Below, one piece after another: positions 1 through 9,037 of a stretch of 64,000 nt of DNA. Position numbers and translations under genes: made by a program. The notes beneath the pieces are model-generated. The model did no database searches. It was not told the origin of the DNA and worked only from the letters and a program-made list of their open reading frames with translations. This DNA comes from an uncultured Gammaproteobacteria bacterium (GTDB lineage Bacteria; Pseudomonadota; Gammaproteobacteria; UBA9214). The DNA lies in NCBI GenBank assembly GCA_963773065.1, contig CAVYZN010000032.1, forward strand, positions 1 through 64,000. The letters run 5' to 3'. How positions within the stretch are numbered: the stretch's first letter is position 1; each line of letters starts with the position of its first letter.

Positions 1-2
1 CA

Positions 3-1481
3 TTCATGGCAGATGTTTACGGCCGCTTGACCGGCCGCTCCGGTGTGTGCCTTGCCACACTGGGACCGGGCGCAACCAATCTGATGACCGGCGTGGCCGA
101 TGCCAACCTCGACCATGCGCCGCTGGTAGCGATCGCCGGTCAGGCCGGGACCACGCGCCTGCACAAGGAATCTCACCAGGTCCTCGATCTGGAGAAGCTG
201 TTCCACTCGATCACCAAGTATTCGGCGAGCCTGCTGGAACCCGAGATCATCCCGGAGGTGGTGCGCAAGGCGTTCAAACTGGCGCAGTCGGAGAAGATGG
301 GTGCCACCTTCATCGAGTTTCCCGAAAATATCGCCGAGATGACCGTCGACCAGGAAGTGCTGCCGGTGATCCGACCGCTGGATCCCGAACCCCCGGCGGA
401 AAATGTCGATCAGGCCGCGCGCTTGATCGGCGCGGCCCGCAATCCGATTATCCTGGCCGGTAATGGCGTGGTGCGGGCCGGCGCTTGCCAGCAACTGGCG
501 GATTTTGCTGGCAGGTTGAATATCCCGGTGGCCAATACCTTTATGGCCAAAGGCGTGATTCCCTTCAAGCACCCCTGCGCCCTCGGCAGCGCCGGCCTGC
601 AGGCCAACGACTATGTGAGCTGCGGATTCAGCCGGGCGGATGTGATCATCTGCGTGGGCTACGACCTGGTCGAATACCACCCCTATCTGTGGCACCCGAC
701 GCGCGACCGTACCATCATCCATATCGACCGCTCGCCGGCCGAGGTCGATGCCTACTATCCGGTCAAGGTTGCCGTCACCGGGGATTTGAAGCATGCCCTG
801 GTGCGCATCGCCGAGCTCGCGACGCCGCACCAGGGTCATCACATGCGCCCGTTGCGCGATGCGCTGATCGGGGAGATGAACCAGCATCGCGATGACACGG
901 AATATCCGGTCAAGCCCCAGAAGATCATCTGGGACCTGCGCACGGTTCTGGGTATCGAGGACATCGTCATCTGCGATGTCGGCGCGCACAAAATGTGGAT
1001 GGCGCGTATGTTCCGCTGCGAATATCCGAATACCTGCCTGATATCAAACGGTTTTGCCAGCATGGGGATAGCCGTGCCCGGCGCTGTCGCCGCCCGGCTG
1101 GTGTATCCGCAGCGCCATATCGTCGCCGTCACCGGCGATGCTGGGTTCCTGATGAACTCCCAGGAGATCGAAACGGCGATGCGCTGCAGGCTGCCGATCG
1201 TTATACTGATCTGGAACGATAGCAGTTACGGACTGATCGAGTGGAAGCAGATCAACCAGTTCGGGCGCATCTCGCATGTGCATTTCACCAACCCCGACTT
1301 CGTGAAATACGCCCAATCATTTGGTGGCAAGGGTTACCGGGTCGAGAGGACGCAAGACCTGCAGGGCATACTCAGGGAGGCCTTGGCCAACGATACGGTA
1401 AGCATCATCGACTGCCCGGTCGATTATCGGGAAAACATCAAACTCACGGAGCAAATGGGCAAACTGGTATGTCCGATTTAG
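3..1481 (+). CDS. Acetolactate synthase large subunit family (TPP enzyme), 5' end outside window
   Basis: TLGPGATN, GDAGFLMNSQE...WND TPP-binding motif; frame is open at the window edge. Confidence 0.9.
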   Translation, partial: FMADVYGRLTGRSGVCLATLGPGATNLMTGVADANLDHAPLVAIAGQAGTTRLHKESHQVLDLEKLFHSITKYSASLLEPEIIPEVVRKAFKLAQSEKMGATFIEFPENIAEMTVDQEVLPVIRPLDPEPPAENVDQAARLIGAARNPIILAGNGVVRAGACQQLADFAGRLNIPVANTFMAKGVIPFKHPCALGSAGLQANDYVSCGFSRADVIICVGYDLVEYHPYLWHPTRDRTIIHIDRSPAEVDAYYPVKVAVTGDLKHALVRIAELATPHQGHHMRPLRDALIGEMNQHRDDTEYPVKPQKIIWDLRTVLGIEDIVICDVGAHKMWMARMFRCEYPNTCLISNGFASMGIAVPGAVAARLVYPQRHIVAVTGDAGFLMNSQEIETAMRCRLPIVILIWNDSSYGLIEWKQINQFGRISHVHFTNPDFVKYAQSFGGKGYRVERTQDLQGILREALANDTVSIIDCPVDYRENIKLTEQMGKLVCPI

Positions 1482-2302
1482 CCACAACGGCCAAGCAGCA
1501 CAAGGACAAGCCTATCCCGGGTGATGACAACTCCGACGCTGCCGGACAGCGCATCCGTTTACTCAGTTACAACATACAGACCGGCATCCGGACGACGCGC
1601 TACAGCCATTACGTCACGCACAGTTGGAAGCATGTTCTGCCGCATGCCCAGCGTTTCAGCAACCTGGACCGGGTCGCCAGCCAGATCAGGGACTATGACA
1701 TCGTCGGCCTGCAGGAGGTCGATGCCGGCAGTCTGCGCAGCGGCTATATCAACCTGACCCAGTACCTGGGCGAGAAGGCACAGTTCCCGTTCTGGTATGA
1801 CCAGACCAACCGTCGTCTGGGCCGCTTTGCTAGAAACAGCACCGGTCTGCTGAGTCGTTATCATCCCGCCGAAATCAGTGAACATCGCCTACCGGGACGC
1901 ATACCCGGACGGGGCGCCTTGCTGATCCGCTATGGTACCCGCCAGGATTCCCTGGTGGTGCTGATCCTGCATCTGGCGCTCGGGCGGCGCGCGCGCCTGC
2001 GCCAGCTCGGCTATATCAGTGAACTCGTCAACGAATACCGCCACGTTATCCTGATGGGTGACCTGAACTGCCACTCGCAAAGTGTGGAGATGAATTACCT
2101 GATCAACCGCACCATGATGCAGGAACCCTGTCACGGCCTGCCTACCTTCCCGAGCTGGTGCCCGCAGCGCAATATCGATCACATCCTGGTGACACCGACG
2201 CTCCAGGTCGATCGTATCAAGGTGCTGAACTACTCGCTCTCCGATCACCTGCCGGTATCGATGGACCTTACCCTGCCGGAATCCATCCACCTCACCCGTT
2301 GA
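1469..2302 (+). CDS. Endonuclease/exonuclease/phosphatase (EEP) family protein
   Basis: LLSYNIQ, GLQEVD, MGDLN, IDHIL, SDHLPV motifs; ATG at 1469 overlaps the als 3' end. Confidence 0.88.
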   Translation: MSDLATTAKQHKDKPIPGDDNSDAAGQRIRLLSYNIQTGIRTTRYSHYVTHSWKHVLPHAQRFSNLDRVASQIRDYDIVGLQEVDAGSLRSGYINLTQYLGEKAQFPFWYDQTNRRLGRFARNSTGLLSRYHPAEISEHRLPGRIPGRGALLIRYGTRQDSLVVLILHLALGRRARLRQLGYISELVNEYRHVILMGDLNCHSQSVEMNYLINRTMMQEPCHGLPTFPSWCPQRNIDHILVTPTLQVDRIKVLNYSLSDHLPVSMDLTLPESIHLTR

Positions 2303-2328
2303 ACAGCGGCTTGCCGTCGGCGGGATTT

Positions 2329-2360
2329 TTAAGCGTGGATTAATCCTGGCTTTCCATACT
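2329..2360 (+). promoter_or_regulatory. OmpR-type direct-repeat box (TTAAG-N6-TTAAT) plus -10 (CATACT) upstream of the cytochrome b gene
   Basis: TTAAG 2329-2333, TTAAT 2340-2344, 10-nt spacer, CATACT 2355-2360; same geometry as 4411-4442. Confidence 0.6.
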
Positions 2361-2391
2361 ATTCCCTTACCATCAGATAAGGAGCAAGACT

Positions 2392-2964
2392 ATGGAACAG
2401 GGTGAAATCAGGGTCTGGGACCCCTTCGTGCGAATCTTTCACTGGACGCTGGTCATGCTGTTTACGCTCGCCTATGTCACCGGGGAGGAACCGCTGAGCC
2501 TGCATGTCTACGCGGGTTACGCCGTGTTCGGCCTGATCCTGTTGCGCGTGCTGTGGGGTCTCGTTGGGACAACGCATGCCCGTTTCAGCGATTTTGTGTA
2601 TCGCCCGTCGCGGGTGCTGGCGTACCTGAAGGACACGCTGGGTCTGCGCGCCAGACGTTATCTCGGCCACAACCCGGCCGGTGGCGCCATGATCCTGCTG
2701 ATACTGGTGAGCCTGCTGCTGGTTTCCGTGTCCGGCTTTGTGGTTTATGGGCTGGAAAAAGGCGCAGGCCCGCTTGCCATGCTGGGCGGATCGCCTGAAT
2801 CGATCGAGGGCGTGTTCGAGGAAGTGCATGAATTTTTCGCCAACCTCACGGTGCTGCTGGTGGCGGTCCACATCGCCGGCGTCGTGGTGGAAAGCCTGAT
2901 CCATCGGGAGAATCTGGTGAAGGCCATGCTGACTGGCCGCAAGCGCGCCCAGGATGATGAATGA
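2392..2964 (+). CDS. Cytochrome b/b6 domain membrane protein
   Basis: VWDPFVRIFHW, LHVYAG, GHNPAG, EVHE...VHIAGV: four heme-ligand His; RBS AGGAG. Confidence 0.9.
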   Translation: MEQGEIRVWDPFVRIFHWTLVMLFTLAYVTGEEPLSLHVYAGYAVFGLILLRVLWGLVGTTHARFSDFVYRPSRVLAYLKDTLGLRARRYLGHNPAGGAMILLILVSLLLVSVSGFVVYGLEKGAGPLAMLGGSPESIEGVFEEVHEFFANLTVLLVAVHIAGVVVESLIHRENLVKAMLTGRKRAQDDE

Positions 2965-2984
2965 GATCCGGTGAGGGGTGAAGC

Positions 2985-3245
2985 ATGAACAGCAAGGCAG
3001 CCATCTTCAGCGCCATCGCGATCCTCGCAACCGCCTGGCTGTTATGGGCCGGCTACCAGGGCACGAGTACCACACAGCGGGAACACGAGGAAGCCGATGA
3101 GCCGGAACAGGTCGAGGAACAGCCGGCGATGCGCGAACACGATGTGGTTCGCGCCATCAAGCAGCGCGGTGATATCCTTTCACTGGAGCGGATTCTGCAG
3201 GACGCGGACGCGCAGCATGCCGGTCCCGGAGGTGGCCGTGGGTGA
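2985..3245 (+). pseudogene. PepSY-domain protein, C-terminally truncated
   Basis: TM/signal segment, then HDVVRAIKQRGDILSLERILQDADAQHAG, typical of the PepSY start; the rest of the domain is missing. Confidence 0.65.
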
Positions 3246-4245
3246 AACGCAGATAGGCTACATCACCGGGCCGCAGCAGCAGCCGCTGCTGCTCTGGTCG
3301 CGCGGCTATCAAAAACTGGGCAGGGTGGTGCGGATCGCCGTTGCCGAGGACCTGCTGGCGCTCAAGGCGGGCATTGCGCAGTTTCGCTGGCGACTGGCCG
3401 CCTGGTCGCTGGCGCTGGTCCTCATCCTGCTGCTCATCCAGCAGTACATCGTCATCCGTTCATTGCGCCCGGTCTCCGCCACTGCCGCCGATATCGAGCG
3501 CCTGGAGCAGGGCGAGATCGGCGTCTTATGCGAGCAGGTCCCGGATGAAGTGCGACCGCTGGTGCAGGCCATCAACAAGCTGCTCAAGCGCAAGCAGCAG
3601 CGCCTGCTGCGTTCCCGGGAGGCGCTCGGCAACCTGGCGCACACGATCAAAACACCGCTGACGCTGCTGCAGCAACTGGCCCGGGAAAAGGTGGCGGGCG
3701 CCGATTCCGCCACGTATGAACAACTGGATCACTACAGCCGGCGGATCGACGAACTGGTGGATCAGTCACTGCGCCGAGCGCGGCTGGCCGGTGACAGCCT
3801 CGGCGCCGGCCGGTTCGACCTGCGGCAGGATCTGCCGGTGCTGGTCGATACCCTTAACCGCCTGCACCGGGACCATGTCATTACCTTCCAGTCTCGGCTG
3901 AATGGCATCACGCAGTTGCCGCTCGAACAGCAGGACGGCATGGAGCTGCTGGGCAATCTGCTGGACAATGCCTGGAAATGGGCCGCTTCCACGGTGCGCC
4001 TCTCGGTCAGCGGGCCGGCGCCGCTCACGCTCATCGTCGAGGACGACGGGCAGGGTGTCGATGCGTCGGCGCTGCAGTCACTGGCGCAGCGCGGCGTGCG
4101 CCAGGATGAGAACCTGCCGGGCCACGGCATCGGTCTGTCGATCGCCAGGAACCTGGTGGATGAACTCGGCGGGGAGATGGCGTTTACCGCCTCGGAAACG
4201 CTGGGCGGACTGCAGGTGAAAATACAGTTCGGCGGCCGTCGATAA
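3217..4245 (+). pseudogene. PhoQ/CarS(BqsS)-like sensor histidine kinase lacking its N-terminus
   Basis: TM2-HAMP, LAHTIKTPL H-box, GNLLDNAWKW, VEDDGQG, GHGIGL; no TM1. Confidence 0.8.
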
Positions 4246-4276
4246 AAAAATGCCGGGAGGCAAACGCGCTCCCGGC
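4244..4276 (-). terminator. Intrinsic terminator
   Basis: GCCGGGAG (4252-4259) / CTCCCGGC (4269-4276) stem; the A7 tract at 4244-4250 is a U-tract on the minus strand. Confidence 0.7.
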
Positions 4277-4404
4277 TAAGGGGGATGATGCAAGCAACTG
4301 CGCGGCTAACTTTGGCCGCCGCCCGGCCCGGCCCATTTCCCTGTCGCCGGGTCAGTCCCCGTGCAGGGGTTCCTGGCGCCTATGCCGGTGCAGTTGCGAG
4401 CCTG
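4244..4404 (-). ncRNA. Candidate small regulatory RNA (~160 nt)
   Basis: Has its own promoter (TATACT plus TTAAG repeat box), a terminator, an 8-bp long-range stem and a CU-rich anti-SD-like tract. Confidence 0.45.
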
Positions 4405-4410
4405 TCAAAC

Positions 4411-4442
4411 AGTATAGACCGTCTGGCTTAAATGAAACTTAA
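4411..4442 (-). promoter_or_regulatory. TTAAG-N6-TTAAG box plus -10 TATACT
   Basis: Minus strand TTAAGtttcatTTAAG (4442-4427), 10 nt, TATACT (4416-4411). Confidence 0.65.
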
Positions 4443-4478
4443 ATTCGGGGCTACCCAGGTGGTGTTGTCGGCCGCCAT

Positions 4479-5122
4479 TCAGCCGCGGACATAGACGTCC
4501 GTCTGCCAGGCATAGGTCCGCTTGCCGTAGCGACGCTGAAAACCGCCGGCCGTGATCCAGCCTTCGATGGCCGCGGGGCTGTGGACATAGGGGCGGAAGC
4601 TGGAGCCGGCGAGCCGCAGCAGGGCGGCCATCAGCGCGACGCCGCTACGGGTGACGACACGATCGCGCGGATACGTGAGGGCCAGCACCCGCCGCGTTTT
4701 CTCCAGGGCCGCCGCCAGCAGCCGCTCGGGATCCGGGTAGCAGCAGACTACTTTGTCCAGGATGGCGATATCCGCCGGTGGAATGTCAGCCACCAGCGCG
4801 ACAAAATCACCCTGTAGGTAGTCGGTGCGCGCGGCCAGCCCCGCCTGTTGCGCCTGTCGCCGCGCCTCCTCCAGCAGGCGCGCGGACAGATCGACGCCGA
4901 CGGCATGCCGTGCCCCCGATTGCAGCAGCGCCTGGTGAAGATGACCGGCGCCGCAGCCGATTTCGAGCAGTGTGGCCTCTGCGAGGCCGGCCTGCCGGAT
5001 GCCGGCAAGCAATTGTCGCTGGGTCTTTTCGAAACCGAACACGCGAAACCGCCAGCGGTAAGGCGCGCCAGCCGCGAGAAGAAGCGGCTGGTGTCGGTGC
5101 AGGGTAGGGAACAGCAGGCCAT
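4479..5122 (-). CDS. Class I SAM-dependent methyltransferase, frameshift near 5065
   Basis: LEIGCGAG, GVDLS, LDKVVCCYPD; the N-terminus MACCSLPCTDTSRFFSRLA lies in another frame. Confidence 0.75.
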
Positions 5123-5826
5123 GGGATGCGATTCTTCCGATATTCACAACGGGTATAAAGATGCCAGCAGAGCCGGCGTCTTGACACCAGTTTAGACCGG
5201 TTGTAATTAGTCTGCGACCGATTACGTTGTCACCAGTCGGATTCCATCACAACAAGCGACAGCACCCGCCGTGGCGATGACCGGTGCGGTAGGTTTTGTG
5301 TCGAGGTCTGCGTTGTAGCCGGTTACCCTGAATCGATGGCTTTACGCACCGCGCTGTGACACCAAGGCAAACCAGGGTGAGTGAGCAATCATGAAGCGAC
5401 GGATTTTTTGCCTGACTTTGCTCAGTCTGTCATTGTCGGGAACAGCGGCGCAGGCCGACAGTTGATCCCCGAAGCCTGGCTTGAACCCACAGCCCCTCCT
5501 CGGCTTCGAGTTCCAACAGACGGTCCGTGGGTTATTTCCCCTGCCATATCGCACCGATGGGTCGGCGCAGATAGGCTGACAACTGTTAAGAAAGACATCT
5601 GACATTGTTCCTCAACAGACCATGCTAAGATACCTCACAGTCCGTTCATGGACACGACGAACTCAAAGTCATGTTAATCCACAACCGGATTGCTGAATAG
5701 ATTGCTAAATTGCTAATAAGAGGGGCGTTGAAGTTCCTATCCTTTCAGGACGCATTGATAATGACTGGAAACACAGACATGTGAAAACTCTTTCGACGTG
5801 GCGGCAGCTACACGCGAGCCTGCCTG

Positions 5827-8026
5827 ATGTCGATCGAAAAGAATTACAGCATTCAATTCGTAGCCAAGCTTGCACTCCGCGAGAAACAGATCCAACAGAA
5901 CTACCGCCCCATCATCGCCGTTCACAAATGGTTCGCACGCCGTCCTGGAACACTATTCCGTGGATTGCTGCTTTCCGAGTTTGGTGGAAAGCCGGTCGAA
6001 GAGAGCTACTACAGAGCGAATGGCTTCGAGGGCATCACCATCGCAGACCCTTTTATGGGAGGCGGGACGCCGTTGCTGGAAGCAAACAGGCTCGGCTGCA
6101 ACGTCATCGGCACCGACATCAATCCGATGGCCGCCTGGATTGTCCGCGAAGAGATTTATGCACTTGATCTCAAAGCCTATGCGAATATGTCCGAGAGACT
6201 CCTCGATCATCTCTCCCGTGAGATTGGCCATTTCTACAAGACGCGTTGCCCAATCACCGGCAGGAAGGACGCCAACGTCAAGTATTTTCTCTGGGTCAAA
6301 ACGGGAGTTTGCCAGAAGTGTCTGGAAAAGTTCGACCTGTTTCCGGGCTACGTCCTCGCGGAAAACGCCAGGCACACGTCCCATGTGCTGGTCTGCCCTG
6401 CGTGTGGAGACCTCAACGAGGTAGATGATCCTCATCATCCAGGTTTCTGCCGGTGTAGCGCCGCGCTGATGAAAGAAGGGCCGGTGCGCCGGAACAAGTG
6501 TGCCTGTCCTCACTGCGGGCACATCAACAGCGCTCCCTTTCATGGAGAGGGATCGCCGTCGCATCGACTCTTTGCGATCGAGTACCACAACCCGGATCTC
6601 AAAGACCGGCCCGGCCGCCTTTTTAAGAAACCTGATGCGGACGATCTGGCGCGGGTTGAAGCGGCTAATGCCGCCTGGAGAGCACTAACACCGCTGTTCG
6701 TGCCGGAGGATATCGATACCCGCAGGCGATGAGTCCTCACGGCTCCACAGATGGGGATATGAGCGCTTCCGTGAACTTTTTAACGTGCGTCAGTTGCTTG
6801 GCCTGGAGACGAGTGCCCGCTTCATTGCGGGTATAAAAGATCTCCGGCTGCGTCGAGCATTGGCAACGAACCTGTCGGATCTCTTGCGATATCAGAACAT
6901 GTTGTGCCGCTATGACACGAAAGCGCTTAAATCGCTCGACATATTCTCGATCCACGGCTTTCCCGTCGGATATGTTCAGGTCGAATCCAACCTGCTGGGC
7001 ATGCGTAATGGCAACGCGCTCCCGGTTGGCTCTGGAGGGTGGATCAACATCATTGAGAAGTATCTGAAGGCGAAGCGCTATTGCACGGAGCCTTTCGAGG
7101 TTTCGTTCGAGGGCAAGAAAAAGATCACGCACATGATCCGCGGTGAATGGATCGGCGAGAATAACCCGGAACGCTCAGAGAAACACGAGAGACGGATTGA
7201 CATCCGTTGCGCGTCGGCGACGGAGATATGTCTTCCGCCGTCAAGCCTCGATGCGGTGTTCACCGATCCGCCATATTTCGGCATGGTCCAGTACGGCGAG
7301 CTCATGCATTTCTGCTACATCTGGCTGCGGAAACTCATGGGAGCAAACTTCCCGGGCCTCGAACAGGATACGACCAGGCATGCGGGCGAGCTCACTGGCA
7401 ACGAGACGGCAGAGCGCGATCTTGCGCACTTTGCCGAAGGGCTTGCGAGTGTTTATACGCGCATGGCGCGGGCACTGAAACCAGGTGCGCCTCTTGTGTT
7501 CACCTATCACCACAATCAGCAGGATGCGTATCTGGCAGTCGGGATGGCAATCCTCGATGCAGGGCTCACCTGCTCGGCATCGTTGCCGTGTCCGGCCGAG
7601 ATGGGAGGGTCGATTCACATTCACGGAACGGGATCATCGATCGTTGACACGGTGTTCGTGTGCAGGGATCGGGGCAAAATGCCGCGAGCTTGGCTTTTCG
7701 AAAACGCCGAGGGACTTGCGAAAATCATGTCAGAAGAAATGTCCGAACTACGGGCAGCCGGTATGAAACCGACGGCAGGAGATATCCGGTGTATCGCATA
7801 CGGACACATTACCAGGGTGACGATCTGGTATCTCAAGCCCTCATGGGATGCAGTACTTCCCACCGAAAGGAAACTCTCGATATTCCGTGATGCGATGAAC
7901 GCGACCGCAACCCTCCAAGACGTCAAGATGTGGATTGATAGAATGGAGATGCGGCCACGGGCCAGCTTGGATAGTCTCTTTGTCCGAGAAGAAGCAAGGG
8001 AGTTGCTCGATGCCGTTGCGTTTTGA
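5827..8026 (+). CDS. Amino-DNA methyltransferase with Zn-ribbon insert (DUF1156-related), frameshift at ~6715
   Basis: HKWFARRP, DPFMGGG (motif I), several CxxC, FTDPPY (motif IV); the frames join as ...PEDI/IPAGDESSRLHRWGY... Confidence 0.85.
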
Positions 8027-9029
8027 GGCCGACTATAGCGACTCTTCGCTTGCCTTTGATCCTCTGGTTGATGAGGTGTTTGCGGAGCTGAAGTCCAGTT
8101 TCCTGGAGATGCCGCGTGGTGAGGGTTTTATCGATTACGCCACGTTCGAGCAAGGCTACCAGGCTCTCAAACGCTCGACGCAAGCCTTCGCTAACGTGAA
8201 GGCGGCAACTATCGAGGCGGCTGTTGCAGAGGCTCCAATCGCTTTCATTGTTTTTCGGTCTATTCTGGGTTTTACGCCGCCGGAATGGGCCTATGTCACG
8301 ACGGAAATGACAGGCGTCACGGTAAATCAGGGCGCTGCCCGCTCGATCGACCGGAACATGCGGCTGCAGCCGCTAACACCACGTCCCCCCGGGACATCGA
8401 TTACCGACCGACGGATTTCCGCAATGATCGACGCCGGCGTAAAGACTTTTCACGCCGGCGCAAACACTGCTGTCGCTACCGTCCTTCATCGTCTCGACAA
8501 AGCTGATACAAGGGAAGGAATAAAGAGTCTTCAGCCTGCCGCCGATCTCGGGATTCCTTATCCTGTCCTTCTCTACGAACGCTTTCTCGGGCGTCCATTC
8601 GCGTCACACAGGGATTCGGTCAGCGAGCTCGTGGGCGAGGTGGTCGAAGGCGCGATCAAAGATGTTCTTACCGCCGCGAAGGTCAGTTTCCGTGAGACAA
8701 AACGGGCCGAGCGTATTACCGGGTTCGATCAGGCACCGGACTTCATCATTCCGGATGAATTCAATCCGGCCGCACTGATCGAGGCGAAGCTCACCGAGGA
8801 TGACGGCACGGCCCGAGACAAAGTCGCCCGTGTTCAGCGCTTGCGGACTCTTCGTGATGAGGCCGGCGGTGCCTACGACGTGATTGCCTGCATCGCGGGC
8901 CGGGGATTCAAGGTTCGCCGCGAGGATATGCGTCGGCTCTTGCAAGCGACTGACGGAAAGGTGTTTACGCTCTCGACCATGCATCTGCTTATCGAGCAGA
9001 CGCGTATCCGGGAGTACCGGTCCAGATGA
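8010..9029 (+). CDS. Putative PD-(D/E)xK restriction endonuclease
   Basis: APDFIIP...LIEAK; overlaps the MTase 3' end. Confidence 0.7.
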   Translation: MPLRFEADYSDSSLAFDPLVDEVFAELKSSFLEMPRGEGFIDYATFEQGYQALKRSTQAFANVKAATIEAAVAEAPIAFIVFRSILGFTPPEWAYVTTEMTGVTVNQGAARSIDRNMRLQPLTPRPPGTSITDRRISAMIDAGVKTFHAGANTAVATVLHRLDKADTREGIKSLQPAADLGIPYPVLLYERFLGRPFASHRDSVSELVGEVVEGAIKDVLTAAKVSFRETKRAERITGFDQAPDFIIPDEFNPAALIEAKLTEDDGTARDKVARVQRLRTLRDEAGGAYDVIACIAGRGFKVRREDMRRLLQATDGKVFTLSTMHLLIEQTRIREYRSR

Positions 9030-9037
9030 GAGCCCCT

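Noticed and set aside
2392-2964. Hydrogenase cytochrome b subunit
   Set aside because: No hydrogenase genes; the context is the PepSY/two-component type
4078-4335. Small minus-strand peptide from the ATG inside the candidate sRNA
   Set aside because: The frame runs through the terminator into the antisense of the kinase; poor RBS spacing
4479-5147. bchM/chlM (Mg-protoporphyrin methyltransferase) assignment
   Set aside because: Only generic resemblance; no photosynthesis genes nearby
5381-5602. 73-aa ORF with IVGNSGAG resembling a P-loop
   Set aside because: Lacks the GK[ST] and any further fold signal; at most a relic
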